From assembly GCA_964291295.2 (NCBI GenBank), contig OZ219754.1, positions 160,001 to 224,000 on the forward strand: DNA of 64,000 bases, given 5' to 3'. Below, in pieces: positions 7,718 to 17,801 of this stretch (its first letter is position 1; each line of letters begins with the position of its first letter). Made by a program: the position numbers and the translations under genes. Source of the stretch: an uncultured Candidatus Binatia bacterium. Its GTDB lineage: Bacteria; Desulfobacterota; Binatia; UBA9968; JAJDTQ01. The notes beneath the pieces were generated by a model. That model was not told the origin of the DNA. It saw nothing but the letters and a program-made list of their open reading frames with translations, and did not search any database.

Positions 7718-9973
7718 TCAGGACGCCTCGCTGGCGCGGACAGCCAGCGGCTCCGCCACCGGGAACTCCATGATGAAGCGGGTGCCGTGGGGCTGATTCG
7801 GACGCACGCGAACGTAGCCCCGGTGGTCGGCCACGATGGTCCCGACGATGGACAGGCCGAGTCCGGTGCCGTCTTTCTTGGTGGAGTAGTAGGGTTCGAA
7901 GACCCGGCCCCGGTTTTCCCGGGCGATGCCTTCCCCTTCGTCCGCCACCTCCAGGCGGACCATGCCGAAGGTCTCGTCGAACCGGATGGCGATCTCTATG
8001 CGCCCCTTGCCGTTGACGGAGGCGACGGCGTTGTCCAGCAGGTTGAACAGGGCGCGCTTGATCTGTTCCCGATCCAGCTCGACGGGTGGAATCGACGACT
8101 GTTCCGAGAAGTCGAAATCCACCTCCCGGTGCCCCTCCTTGAACAGAAACAGCGCTTCCCGGACCACTTCGTTGAGATCCTGCGGTGCGAGTTCCACGGT
8201 GGGCAGCCGCGCAAAGTTCGAAAACTCGTTCACCAGGTTCTTGAGCTCGTCCACCTGCCGGACGATGGTGGAGGTGCACTTGTCGAGTACCGCCCCGTCC
8301 CCGTCCAGGACATTCTCATAACGTTTGCGCAGGCGCTGCGCCGAGAGCTTGATGGGCGTCAGCGGATTCTTGATCTCGTGGGCGATGCGCCGCGCGGCTT
8401 CCCGCCACGCCTCCACGCGCTGGACCTTCTGGATCTCCGTGATATCCTCCATGAAGACCATGATGCCGAGCGTGCGGCCGTCGTCGTCCCGCAGGCTCGC
8501 GGCCACGGTCACCAGCGTCCGGTCGCCGTCCGGACCTCCGAGGCGGACACCCCGTTCCACTCCCGCACCGTCCTTCACCCGTTCGATGACTTCCAGCAGG
8601 GGCCGAAGCCCGGGTGTCCGCAACGCTTCCTCGTAGTGCCGGTGAAGCACGTCCGAAGCCCGTACGCCCAGAGTCTGTTCGGCGGCCTTGTTGACGATGG
8701 TCACCACGCCGGACCGGTCCACCGAGATGACCCCGGCCGTGATGTTGGCCAGCAGCGTCTCCATGTACCGCCGCCGCTGCTCCAATTCGGAGTTGGTACG
8801 CTTGAGATCCGCGGTCATCTGGTTGAAGGATGCCACCAGCGTGCTGATCTCGTCGCCGCCGCTGGCGTCGATGCGATAGTCCAGGTTGCCGTGCGAGACT
8901 TCGTGGGTCCCCTCCGCCAACTGCTGGATGGGCACGGTGATACCCTTGGCCAGGGCAAGCCCGAACCACGTCGCCGCAAAGATCATGACCAGCGTGATCA
9001 GCAGCAGAGTCAGCATGTAGGTCTGCTTCACCGGCTCCTTGAGAAGGGCCAGATGCTTGTGCTCCTCGTACGACCGGGATATCTGCTGCGCCTGCTTGCG
9101 GATGCTCTTGGGCACGAAATAGTCCACTACCACCGCGCCGATGATCCTGCGGCCGTCGCCGTGGACCGGCACCGCCCCCCGCAGCACGTCCCCCTCGCCC
9201 AGCGGCTGGGTCCGGGTCACCTCCAGTCCCCGCAGGGCGCTGTTCAGGAAATCCGCCTGCGGGCGGACCGTGACTCCGGTGGGCACCTGGTCGTTGAAGG
9301 CCTTCACCAGCGCGGCGCCGTCGGGCTTGTAGATCTCCACCGTGCCGAGATTGTATTCCCGCTGCTTGTCCTCCACCAGGCGCTTCAGGCCGTCGGACTT
9401 CTTCGGGTCGAACAGATCCTCGTCGCCGATGCGCTGGCTGAGCTGCCGGGCGAAGAAGAGCGCGTTGTCGGCGGAGTTCTGATAGTAGGTCCGGCTGATG
9501 TCGAGGGAGCCCTTGAGCGCGTTCACGACCTGCGAGTCGAACCACTTGTCGACGGAGCGCGTCACCAGGCTCTCGGCGATCAGGAACAGCATCACGGTGG
9601 GCACCAGCGAGATGCCGATGAAAGCCATCACCAGCCGGCTCTGAAGACGCGAGCCGAGGATGCGCCGGTGGCGGTCCAGCACCAGCTTCAGCAGGTTCCG
9701 CGACACCAGGAAGACCAGCAGCACCAGCAGAATGATGTTGATGTTGACCAGCAGGAAGAACGCGACGTTGCCGGTGAAGGCGTAGTCCGCCGAGACGTCG
9801 GGCAGAAGCTCCTCGAAGAACGCGAACAGCAGGATCATCAGGGCGGCGATGAGAATCACCCACCCTTCGCGCTTGCGCCGCTTCCGTTCCTGGGAGCGCA
9901 GCGTCTCCGCCCGCTCGTCGTTGCGCTTGACTGCGTTCGTCGGAGTGGACAAGACGGCATCCCCCCGCAACAC
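7718..9973 (-). CDS. NtrY-like membrane sensor histidine kinase (HAMP-PAS-HisKA-HATPase)
   Basis: 3 N-terminal TMs, HAMP (DEISTLVASFNQM), PAS, AWREAARRIAHEIKNPLTPI, NLLDNA, DEGEGI, GTGLGL. Confidence 0.92.
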   Translation of the reverse strand: MLRGDAVLSTPTNAVKRNDERAETLRSQERKRRKREGWVILIAALMILLFAFFEELLPDVSADYAFTGNVAFFLLVNINIILLVLLVFLVSRNLLKLVLDRHRRILGSRLQSRLVMAFIGISLVPTVMLFLIAESLVTRSVDKWFDSQVVNALKGSLDISRTYYQNSADNALFFARQLSQRIGDEDLFDPKKSDGLKRLVEDKQREYNLGTVEIYKPDGAALVKAFNDQVPTGVTVRPQADFLNSALRGLEVTRTQPLGEGDVLRGAVPVHGDGRRIIGAVVVDYFVPKSIRKQAQQISRSYEEHKHLALLKEPVKQTYMLTLLLITLVMIFAATWFGLALAKGITVPIQQLAEGTHEVSHGNLDYRIDASGGDEISTLVASFNQMTADLKRTNSELEQRRRYMETLLANITAGVISVDRSGVVTIVNKAAEQTLGVRASDVLHRHYEEALRTPGLRPLLEVIERVKDGAGVERGVRLGGPDGDRTLVTVAASLRDDDGRTLGIMVFMEDITEIQKVQRVEAWREAARRIAHEIKNPLTPIKLSAQRLRKRYENVLDGDGAVLDKCTSTIVRQVDELKNLVNEFSNFARLPTVELAPQDLNEVVREALFLFKEGHREVDFDFSEQSSIPPVELDREQIKRALFNLLDNAVASVNGKGRIEIAIRFDETFGMVRLEVADEGEGIARENRGRVFEPYYSTKKDGTGLGLSIVGTIVADHRGYVRVRPNQPHGTRFIMEFPVAEPLAVRASEAS

Positions 9974-10047
9974 GTTCTATCGCTTCCACCGGTGAATCAC
10001 AAAGGCAATGAGACCCCTCGCCGGGTGAGGCCGCCGGATCTCGGCGC

Positions 10048-11085
10048 TTACAACAACCGTTTCTGCCGCTTCTCCCGCTCCATGCGCGTGGCGGACTGGG
10101 AGCGTCCCAGGTGTCGATAGGCCACGGGCGTGGCGACGCGGCCCTGCGGCCGGCGTTCGAGAAAGCCGGCCTGGATGAGGTACGGCTCGTAAGCGTCCTC
10201 CACGGTGCCTCGCTCCTCGCCGATGGCGGCCGCCAAGGTATCCAGCCCTACCGGCCCGCCGTCGAACTTGTCGATGATGGTGGTGAGGATGAGCGTATCC
10301 ATCTTGTCGCAGCCCTGCTCGTCCACCTCCAGCATTTCGAGAGCCCGGCACGCCACCGGACGGGTGATCCGGCCCTCGCCGTGGACCTCGGCATAGTCCC
10401 GAACCCGCCGCAGCAGGCGGTTGGCGATGCGCGGGGTTCCGCGGGAGCGGCGCGCGATCTCCATGAAACCCGTTTCTTCGCCGCCCACGCCCAGCAGCGA
10501 CGCGGACCGGGCCAGCAGCCGCACCAGCACCTCCGGCTCGTAGAAGTCGAGCCGGAACACGGCGCCGAACCGGTTGCGCAACGCCGGGGTCAGCAGGCCG
10601 GAACGGGTGGTGGCACCAATGAGCGTGAACCGCTTGACATCGAGCTTGATGGACTTGGCGCCGGGACCCTGCCCGATCATCACGTCCACCTGAAAGTCCT
10701 CCATGGCCGGGTACAGCACCTCCTCCACCACATGGTTGAGGCGGTGGATCTCGTCAATGAAGAGCACGTCTCCGGGGTCGAGATTGGTGAGCAGTGCGGC
10801 CAGATCGCCGGGGCGCTCGATGACCGGCCCGGAGGTGGGACGAATGTCCACGTCCATCTCCCGGGAGATGAGATGCGCCAGGGAGGTCTTGCCCAGACCC
10901 GGAGGGCCGTGGAACAGCAGATGGTCCAGCACGTCGCCGCGGCGTCGGGCCGCGGTGATGGCCACCTCCAGATTGGCCTTGACCCTGTCCTGTCCGAAGT
11001 ATTCGCTGAACCGCCGGGGCCGGAGGCTGGAGTCGTAGAGGACATCCTCCTCGGTGCCCGCGGGCGTTATGGTCCTGTCTTCCAT
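10048..11085 (-). CDS. ruvB: Holliday junction helicase RuvB
   Basis: [40 protein letters not shown]. Confidence 0.97.
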   Translation of the reverse strand: MEDRTITPAGTEEDVLYDSSLRPRRFSEYFGQDRVKANLEVAITAARRRGDVLDHLLFHGPPGLGKTSLAHLISREMDVDIRPTSGPVIERPGDLAALLTNLDPGDVLFIDEIHRLNHVVEEVLYPAMEDFQVDVMIGQGPGAKSIKLDVKRFTLIGATTRSGLLTPALRNRFGAVFRLDFYEPEVLVRLLARSASLLGVGGEETGFMEIARRSRGTPRIANRLLRRVRDYAEVHGEGRITRPVACRALEMLEVDEQGCDKMDTLILTTIIDKFDGGPVGLDTLAAAIGEERGTVEDAYEPYLIQAGFLERRPQGRVATPVAYRHLGRSQSATRMEREKRQKRLL

Positions 11086-11098
11086 GAACCCGGTATGC

Positions 11099-11683
11099 CT
11101 AGCCGCTCAGCAGGCGCAAGGCGCCCTTGAGCACGGTCTCCAACTCGGCGGCGCCCTCCGCCAACACCTCGCGCACCGCCCGTTCCGCCTCCTGGCGGCG
11201 GTAGCCGAGATTCACCAGCGCCGACAACGCGTCGCCGCGCACCCCGGAACCGACCGCCACCGCCGGAGCGGTTTCCGCAGCCGTGTCGATCCGGTCGCGC
11301 AACTCCACGATCATGCGGTCGGCCAAGCGCCTGCCCACCCCGGGAATCGACACCAGCCGGGCGACGTCGCCCTGCCTCAGGGCGGCCAGCACTTCCCCGG
11401 CCGCCATGCCCGACAGGATGTTGAGCGCCAGCCGGGGGCCGATGCCCGACACCCCGATGAGCAGCGTGAAGGCCTGCTTCTCCGCAGGGTCGAAGAAGCC
11501 GAACAGCTGGAGCACGTCTTCCCGGACGTGGGTGTAGGCCAGCAGCGTCACGGGTTCCCCCACCTCGGGCAGCCGGTAGAAGACGCTGAGGGCGGTATGC
11601 AGGTGATAGCCGACGCCGCCGACGTCCACGACGACCTCGCCCGGCGCCTTGTGGTCCAGTGTTCCGCGAACCTTGGCGATCAC
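11099..11683 (-). CDS. ruvA: Holliday junction DNA-binding protein RuvA
   Basis: [36 protein letters not shown]; GTG start. Confidence 0.95.
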   Translation of the reverse strand: MIAKVRGTLDHKAPGEVVVDVGGVGYHLHTALSVFYRLPEVGEPVTLLAYTHVREDVLQLFGFFDPAEKQAFTLLIGVSGIGPRLALNILSGMAAGEVLAALRQGDVARLVSIPGVGRRLADRMIVELRDRIDTAAETAPAVAVGSGVRGDALSALVNLGYRRQEAERAVREVLAEGAAELETVLKGALRLLSG

Positions 11684-11739
11684 CACGGGCCTCCCCCCGA
11701 CCCGGTGGCCGGAGCGGGCCGCTCGACGACCGGCATCCG

Positions 11740-12288
11740 TCAGCCCTTGCCGGCGGGAAGAGCATCGGCCTGCCAATGCAGCCCCCTCCCCCGCCGACCC
11801 GTTCCAGCCATGGCGCGGTACCCGTACAGGTGGCCGTGGCAGATGGCGGCCGCCAGGGCGTCCGAAGCATCCTCCTCGGGCTCGTCCGGCAACCCCAGGA
11901 TGGCCGTCACCATCTGCTGCATCTGACCCTTGCCCGCGTGCCCGTAACCGGTCAACGCCTTCTTGACCTGGACGGCGTTGTACTCCGAGACGGCGATGTC
12001 GCATGCCGCCGCGGCCACAAGAGCCACCCCGCGAACCTGCCCGAGCTTGAGCGCGCTCTGGACGTTGCGCGCCAGAAAGACCTTCTCAAGACTGACGTGT
12101 TCGGGCTCGTGCTCTTGTATGACCTTGGCCAGTTCCGTGAATATCCGGTGGAGGCGCCGGTCCTGGGATTGGCGGGTGGCGGTGCGCACGGTGCCGTGGG
12201 CGACATGTTGCAAGCGGACGCCGTCCGCCCGGATCACGCCCCAGCCGGTCTTGAGGGTTCCGGGGTCTATGCCCAGAATGGTTTCGAT
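11740..12288 (-). CDS. ruvC: Holliday junction resolvase RuvC
   Basis: ILGIDPG, EKVF, KLGQVRG, VKKALTGYGHAGKGQ, DASDALAAAICH; start uncertain (ATC after GGAGAAGGAAAG). Confidence 0.93.
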   Translation of the reverse strand: METILGIDPGTLKTGWGVIRADGVRLQHVAHGTVRTATRQSQDRRLHRIFTELAKVIQEHEPEHVSLEKVFLARNVQSALKLGQVRGVALVAAAACDIAVSEYNAVQVKKALTGYGHAGKGQMQQMVTAILGLPDEPEEDASDALAAAICHGHLYGYRAMAGTGRRGRGLHWQADALPAGKG

Positions 12289-12307
12289 CTTTCCTTCTCC
12301 GGCGACG

Positions 12308-13054
12308 TCAACCAGCCTGCTCGAGAATGTCGTCCGGGATGTCGAAGTTCGCCGCGACGCTTTGCACATCGTCGTGGTCCTCGAGGTCCTCGGTGAGGCT
12401 GAGGGTCTGCTCGGCCTCCTTCCCGCCCAGCGTCGTGGTGCTCCTGGGAATCCGGGTCACCTCGGCCGACACCACCGGGATTTTCCCGTTCTCCAGACTC
12501 TCCCGGACCGCAGCGAAGTCCTCGGGCCGGGTCACGATCTCGAACACGTCGCCGCTCTCGGTGACGTCCTCGGCGCCGGCCTCCAGGGCGAGCCCCAGGA
12601 GCGCCTCTTCCTCCGCAGCCTCCCGGGACACGACAAACAGGCCCTTGCTGTCGAACATCCAGGCCACGCAGCCCGTCTCTCCCAGGTTGCCGCCGTGCTT
12701 GTGGAACAGCCGCCGGATGTCCGACACCGTGCGGTTCCGGTTGTCGGTCAGAACCTGCACCATGAAGGCCACACCGCCGGGACCGTAGCCCTCGTAGCTG
12801 ACCTCTTCGTAGGAGACGCCCTCAAGCTCGCCGGTGCCCTTCTTGATGGCGCGCTCGATGTTGTCGTTGGGCATGCTGTTGTCACGGGCCGTCTGGACGG
12901 CGGTGCGCAGGCGCGGATTGGCCGCGAGATCTCCTCCCCCCATGCGGGCGGCCACGGTGATCTCCTTGATGAACTTGCTGAAGAGCTTGCCGCGCCGAGC
13001 GTCCTTGACAGCCTTCTTGTGCTTGATGGAACTCCATTTCGAATGTCCGGACAT
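12308..13054 (-). CDS. yebC: YebC/PmpR family protein
   Basis: [44 protein letters not shown]. Confidence 0.97.
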   Translation of the reverse strand: MSGHSKWSSIKHKKAVKDARRGKLFSKFIKEITVAARMGGGDLAANPRLRTAVQTARDNSMPNDNIERAIKKGTGELEGVSYEEVSYEGYGPGGVAFMVQVLTDNRNRTVSDIRRLFHKHGGNLGETGCVAWMFDSKGLFVVSREAAEEEALLGLALEAGAEDVTESGDVFEIVTRPEDFAAVRESLENGKIPVVSAEVTRIPRSTTTLGGKEAEQTLSLTEDLEDHDDVQSVAANFDIPDDILEQAG

Positions 13055-13669
13055 GACGCGACACGCTCCTCGAACAGGACTGGACCCATGGCCGGCGGGA
13101 CCGCCGAAAAACGGGACCGACCGGCGGGACCGCCGGCAAAACGGCCGCCCCGACTCGGTTCCCCGGCAATTCGGCTCCCGGAACCCGGGATCCTTGCACC
13201 TGGCTCATCGGCGCACACGGGAAAAATACCACAATTCGCGCCGCCCCGTAAACGAAACCGTCCGGCAGCCCGGGCTGAAGACGCGTATGGCGGCGTCGGG
13301 ATCACGATGACGACCGGGACAGCCGGCGCGCGCCTGCCCATTCGGATTGACGGCGATGCGGTGATCCCGGCCGTGCGGGGGCCGGAGAAAGCGGCCGGGA
13401 AACGGCGAGAACAGGAGATCAAGTCTCGGTGGAAGTAGTACAGATCAAGGAGAGCCCGGCGTCACATCCCGTACAGGCACGAAGCCGGACAGGCACGAAT
13501 GCCCGACAGACACGGAAACCATCCCGGAGCGGTTCGATCAAGGAGGGAGGTCAACATCGTCGAGGATGCCTTGTGTCAGTCGCTCCGCCGCCGGGCTTCG
13601 CTCCGGGAGACCGGAAACGGGAGGCATGAGCCGCCCGTCCGTCCTCATCAGCCATCGCCAGGTTCACGA

Positions 13670-14794
13670 TCAGAAGAAAAAGTCGAAATCGTCCTCTGTC
13701 AGAATGAAGGGAGCTTCCGCGACAATCTCTATCTTCCAGGTCTTGAAGGTCTCGGTTTTTTCGTCCAAGGCGATGATCGCCGCGTTCGCTCCATGGTACG
13801 TGATATAAAGATCGCCGAATTCGGTGATGTCGTCCTTGTCTATCCTGATCCTGTCCCCCGATCCCCAATCCTTGATCGTGTCAAACCCGCTGTCCTCGGC
13901 GAATATGAAAATATCGTTATCGCTCTCGCCGGACATGACGGAGCCGGTCCGGGGGCCGCCGTAAAGGGTGTCGTCGCCCTCGCCGCCTATGATGAAATCA
14001 TCACCATGCCCGCCCCATATCGTATCGTTGCCGACCCCGCCGTGCAGCTCGTCGACGCCCGCACCGCCGTCCATCTCGTCGTCGCCGTTCTGGCCATACA
14101 GGTAGTCGGTGCCATCATCACCGTACATCTCGTCGTCGCCCTCGCCGCCGTACAGGTTGTCACCGCCCGCGCCGCCACGCATCTCGTCGACGCCCTTGCC
14201 GCCCTCCATGATGTCGTCGCCCTCGTTCCCCTCCATCTCGTCGTCGCCCTCGCCGCCGTCCATCTCGTCTTTGTCCGCGCCACCATACATCTTGTCCTTG
14301 CCCTTGCCGCCCTCCATGGTGTCGTCGCCCTCGTTCCCCTCCATCTTGTCGTCGCCCTCGCCACCGTCCATCTCGTCGTCGCCCGCACCACCATACATCT
14401 TGTCCTTGCCCTTGCCGCCCTCCATGATGTCGTCGCCCTCGTTCCCCTCCATCTTGTCGTTGCCGTCATTGCCGTAGACGTGGTCGACGCCCTTGCCGCC
14501 GTAGACCTCGTCGTCTCCCGCGCCGCCATAGACGTGGTCTTTGCCCTCGTCGCCGTAGACCTTGTCGTTGCCATCGTCGCCGTAGACGTGATCGTCGCCC
14601 TCGTCGCCGGATACGGAATCGTCACCCTCATCACCATAAAGGTAATCGCCGTGTCCACCGCCCCGGATTACGTCATTGCCGGCACGACCATATATTATGT
14701 TTCCTCGTTGAGGATCTCCGATCAGGTCGTCGCCTCGGTCGTCGGATCCGGTGAAATCGTCGCCGGGGGTTCCTGACAAGCGCTTGTATGTCAT
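13670..14794 (-). CDS. RTX/hemolysin-type calcium-binding repeat protein
   Basis: Long run of GGxGxDx nonapeptides; C-terminal FIFAEDSGFDTIKDW...DDFDFFF typical of T1SS substrates. Confidence 0.88.
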   Translation of the reverse strand: MTYKRLSGTPGDDFTGSDDRGDDLIGDPQRGNIIYGRAGNDVIRGGGHGDYLYGDEGDDSVSGDEGDDHVYGDDGNDKVYGDEGKDHVYGGAGDDEVYGGKGVDHVYGNDGNDKMEGNEGDDIMEGGKGKDKMYGGAGDDEMDGGEGDDKMEGNEGDDTMEGGKGKDKMYGGADKDEMDGGEGDDEMEGNEGDDIMEGGKGVDEMRGGAGGDNLYGGEGDDEMYGDDGTDYLYGQNGDDEMDGGAGVDELHGGVGNDTIWGGHGDDFIIGGEGDDTLYGGPRTGSVMSGESDNDIFIFAEDSGFDTIKDWGSGDRIRIDKDDITEFGDLYITYHGANAAIIALDEKTETFKTWKIEIVAEAPFILTEDDFDFFF

Positions 14795-14857
14795 CCTTGC
14801 CTCCGTTCGTGTGGAAGGTTGAGCAGAAGTCTTTTGATTCCGGGTGAAACTCGCGCC

Positions 14858-15843
14858 TCACCCGATGAATTCGAAGTCGGATTCGGTAAAGTCGGATGCG
14901 GTAAAGGGGGATCCCGTTCCCACGACCACGGGCGAGTAAAGCGTGACGCTCCAGTCATCCCCGGGCCCGGTGATCACCACCCATGAGTGCACCCAGACAT
15001 CCCCGCCATCCTTGATGGTCAGATCCGAGAACTGGATGCCGCCCTCGAACACCAGCTTGTCCTTGTTGTCCTCGAAGAAATCTATCCTGTCATGACCGCT
15101 TTCGTTGTCGAACACGAAGCGGTCCTCACCCTCGCCGCCCCGCATCCAGTCGTCGCCCTTGCCGCCGTACAGAACATCGTCGCCCTCTTGGCCGAACAGT
15201 GTGTCGCCGCCGTCGCCACCGTACATGGTATCGTCGCCCTCATGGCCCCATAAAAAGTCGACGCCGCTGCCGCCGTACAGGGTATCGTCGCCCTCACCGC
15301 CACTCAAATTGTCGTGGCCGCCGCCGTACAGAATGTCGTCGCCGTCGCTGCCGCTCATCCTGTCGTCGCCGCTGCCGCCGTACAGGGTATCGTCGCCCTC
15401 ACCGCCCGTCAAAAAGTCGCGGCCCCCGGCCCCGTACAGGGTATCGTCCCTGCGCCGCCGCTCATACTGTCGTCGCCGGGGCCGCCGTACAGAATGTCGT
15501 CGCCGTCGCTGCCGGACATACTGTCGTCGCCGGGGCCGCCTTTCAGAATGTCGTCGCCGTCGGCGCCGTACATAGTGTCGTCGCCGGGGCCGCCTTTCAT
15601 CCGGTCGTCGCCGCCGCCGCCGTTCAGCCTGTCGTCGCCCTCACCCCCTTTCAGAATGTCGTTGCCGTCGGCGCCGTACAGGTTGTCGTCGCCCTTGCCG
15701 CCGAACATCGTTTCTTCGCCACGTCCACCACTCCAATGATCATCATGATCGGTGCCCGTGAACGTGTAGCGGAAATTCTTGTCCGCCCACCAAGCGGTGC
15801 CGTCCTCTCCCAGCAACCTCATGAGCTTGTACCGGACTTTCAC
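14858..15843 (-). pseudogene. Second RTX calcium-binding protein, split by a 1-nt frameshift near 15450
   Basis: GTG start 15843 after GAAAGGGGGA; GGxGDD repeats in ORF 15409..16434 continue in ORF 14858..15412; one G missing in GCA GGG (G)AC GAT ACC. Confidence 0.75.
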
Positions 15844-16277
15844 GATAGTTCCCCCTTTCTCCGTGTTGCCGCCGAACGCTCCCTCGGAACCCGGAGCGAA
15901 GTCAGCGGAAAAGCCTTCGGAACCCTTCCCTTGCTGCGCGTCCCCTTCCCAACTATTGGATACCGTTGTCAAGAGGCAGGAATATCTTTTTTCGCGGTCG
16001 GCGGCGGGCGGCCGCAGCGGAGTAACCGTTCTTGAAGTTGGCGACGCTTGTTGATGGCGCCTTCCCGGAACCGGCGCCGGTACATCGACAACGACATCCG
16101 CTCCCGAATGGACCTCCGGACTTGCCTGAGCCGCCCCTCGCCGGACAAATTCTGAGCCTTGGTCCGGCCGCCCGGCGTCGACCGCACCCCTCCTCTCCGC
16201 CGCCGGCCGGGGCGGCCGGCGGATCCGAGGCCCCGGGCCGCGCACCGCGGCCGGCATTGCGTTATACTCAGATACCG

Positions 16278-16994
16278 ATGGTTCCCGCATCTCCCCGGCG
16301 ACAGACCGCCGACTCCCTGGTCCGGGTCGCGGCCGTCCTGCTGCTCTGCGCCTGCGCCCCCTCAAGGCCGACGGTGCCGCCCCCTGGCGTGACGGCTCCT
16401 TCCGCCGCGCCGCTCTCGCAACAAGGGGTCGCATCCTGGTACGGCCCCGGGTTCCACGGGAAGAAGACCACCAGCGGCGTGACCTACGACCAGTACGCCA
16501 TGACCGCGGCGCACCCGACCCTGCCGCTGGGCTCCCGCGTCGCGGTCACCAACCTCACCAACGGCAAGACGGTTACCCTGCGGATCAACGACCGAGGACC
16601 TTTTGTCAAGGGCAGGATCATCGATCTTTCGTACGCCGCGGCCCGGGCGGTGGACATGATCGGGCCGGGAACAGCGCCGGTGCGCGTGGAAGTCCTGGAC
16701 ACCGCCGGACAGCGGCTCGACGCCATCCCCGACCGCCTCGACTACACCTTGCAGGTGGGAGCGTTCTCGGACCTGGACAAGGCCCGCGCGTTGAAGACCC
16801 GGCTCGAGAGCCACTGCCACCGGCCCGTGGTCATCGAGCCCCACGAAGGCTACTACCGGGTCCGGGTCGGGATCTTCACCGGCGCCGCCGAAGCCCGGCG
16901 GTACGGCGCGCGCCTGTCCCGGGAAGGGCTGCCCGCGGTGCTGGTGGAGAAGTGGCCGCCGGTGACGGATGAACCGCGTCAGCCAGGGAAGTAG
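16278..16994 (+). CDS. rlpA: Septal ring lytic transglycosylase RlpA with SPOR domain
   Basis: Lipobox LCAC, GVASWYGPGFHG, TAAHPTLP, INDRGPF, RIIDLSYAAA, LQVGAFS. Confidence 0.92.
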   Translation: MVPASPRRQTADSLVRVAAVLLLCACAPSRPTVPPPGVTAPSAAPLSQQGVASWYGPGFHGKKTTSGVTYDQYAMTAAHPTLPLGSRVAVTNLTNGKTVTLRINDRGPFVKGRIIDLSYAAARAVDMIGPGTAPVRVEVLDTAGQRLDAIPDRLDYTLQVGAFSDLDKARALKTRLESHCHRPVVIEPHEGYYRVRVGIFTGAAEARRYGARLSREGLPAVLVEKWPPVTDEPRQPGK

Positions 16995-17788
16995 CGGTCG
17001 CCGTCCCGATACACCCGGTCCTCGGCCGTGAGCTTCTGCAGGTGAGCCTCAACGGACGAGCGGGCCACTCGCATCAAGGCCCTCGGGTAGTCCGCGTAGA
17101 TGACGGCCACGAGATCGTCGATGGCATGGCGTCCGTCGCGCAGCCCCTGCAGGATCTGCTCTTCGCGCATGAGGCGGTGATCGATGTACTCCCGGATCCT
17201 GGCCATGGGTTCGGTGACGAACGGACCGTGCCCCGGCAGCAACAGGCGGATGTCCAGGGAGAGGAGCTTTTCCAGGGATTCCATGTAGTGAGCCATGTTT
17301 CCCTCGCCCGCCGGCACCACCGTGGTCCCCTTGCCCAGGATATGGTCCCCGGAGAACAGGATCTTCTTCTCGGGCTCGTAGAAGCAGCAATGCCCCGCCT
17401 CGTGTCCGGGGGTGTATACGACCTCGAGTTCGCCACCGTCATAGGCGATGCGGTCGCCCTCGACATAGGTGAAATCCTCGCCGCCCAGATGGCCCGCGCG
17501 CACCCGCGAAATGCCGACCTGGGCACCGGTCCGCCGCCGGAGCGCCAGGGCGCCGCCGCAGTGATCCACGTGGATATGGGTGAGCAGGATACGGGTGATG
17601 CGCGTCCCGCCCAGCGCCTCCATCTCCGCCAACAGCCCATCGATGTTCTCGTCCGATCCCAGGGCCACGTCGATGACCGTGACGTCCCGGCGGCCCAGCA
17701 GATACTGATTGGTGCCCCGGAGGGTCATGTAGCCGGGGTTGGCTGCGGTGAGGCAACGGAGGCTCCCGGCGTGGTCTACCTTGGGCAT
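16979..17788 (-). CDS. MBL-fold metallo-hydrolase (LACTB2-like)
   Basis: ANPGYMTLRGTN, THIHVDH, TPGH, SGDHILG, LLPGHG. Confidence 0.88.
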   Translation of the reverse strand: MPKVDHAGSLRCLTAANPGYMTLRGTNQYLLGRRDVTVIDVALGSDENIDGLLAEMEALGGTRITRILLTHIHVDHCGGALALRRRTGAQVGISRVRAGHLGGEDFTYVEGDRIAYDGGELEVVYTPGHEAGHCCFYEPEKKILFSGDHILGKGTTVVPAGEGNMAHYMESLEKLLSLDIRLLLPGHGPFVTEPMARIREYIDHRLMREEQILQGLRDGRHAIDDLVAVIYADYPRALMRVARSSVEAHLQKLTAEDRVYRDGDRYFPG

Positions 17789-17801
17789 GGAAGGGTGCTC
17801 C

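Noticed and set aside
7668-8279. Upstream extension of the REC-LpxC ORF (triple fusion with the kinase)
   Set aside because: Alternative frame inside the kinase gene; the kinase has its own stop at 7718 and the fusion has its own RBS and ATG.
7655-10120. Long antisense ORFs (821 aa here; also 26003..28636, 36813..39221, 41373..44066, 55788..58256)
   Set aside because: Shadow ORFs opposite well-supported genes, expected in high-GC DNA.
13085-13150. Direct repeat CCGGCGGGACCGCCG upstream of yebC as an ncRNA or riboswitch
   Set aside because: Two GC-rich copies only, with no recognisable RNA family motif.
13980-15720. 27-bp periodic repeats as a CRISPR array
   Set aside because: They are coding RTX nonapeptide repeats with no repeat-spacer structure.
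15956-15972. Operator-like palindrome upstream of the RTX genes
   Set aside because: Symmetry is weak (10 of 17 positions); may only be a -35 hexamer with no clear -10.
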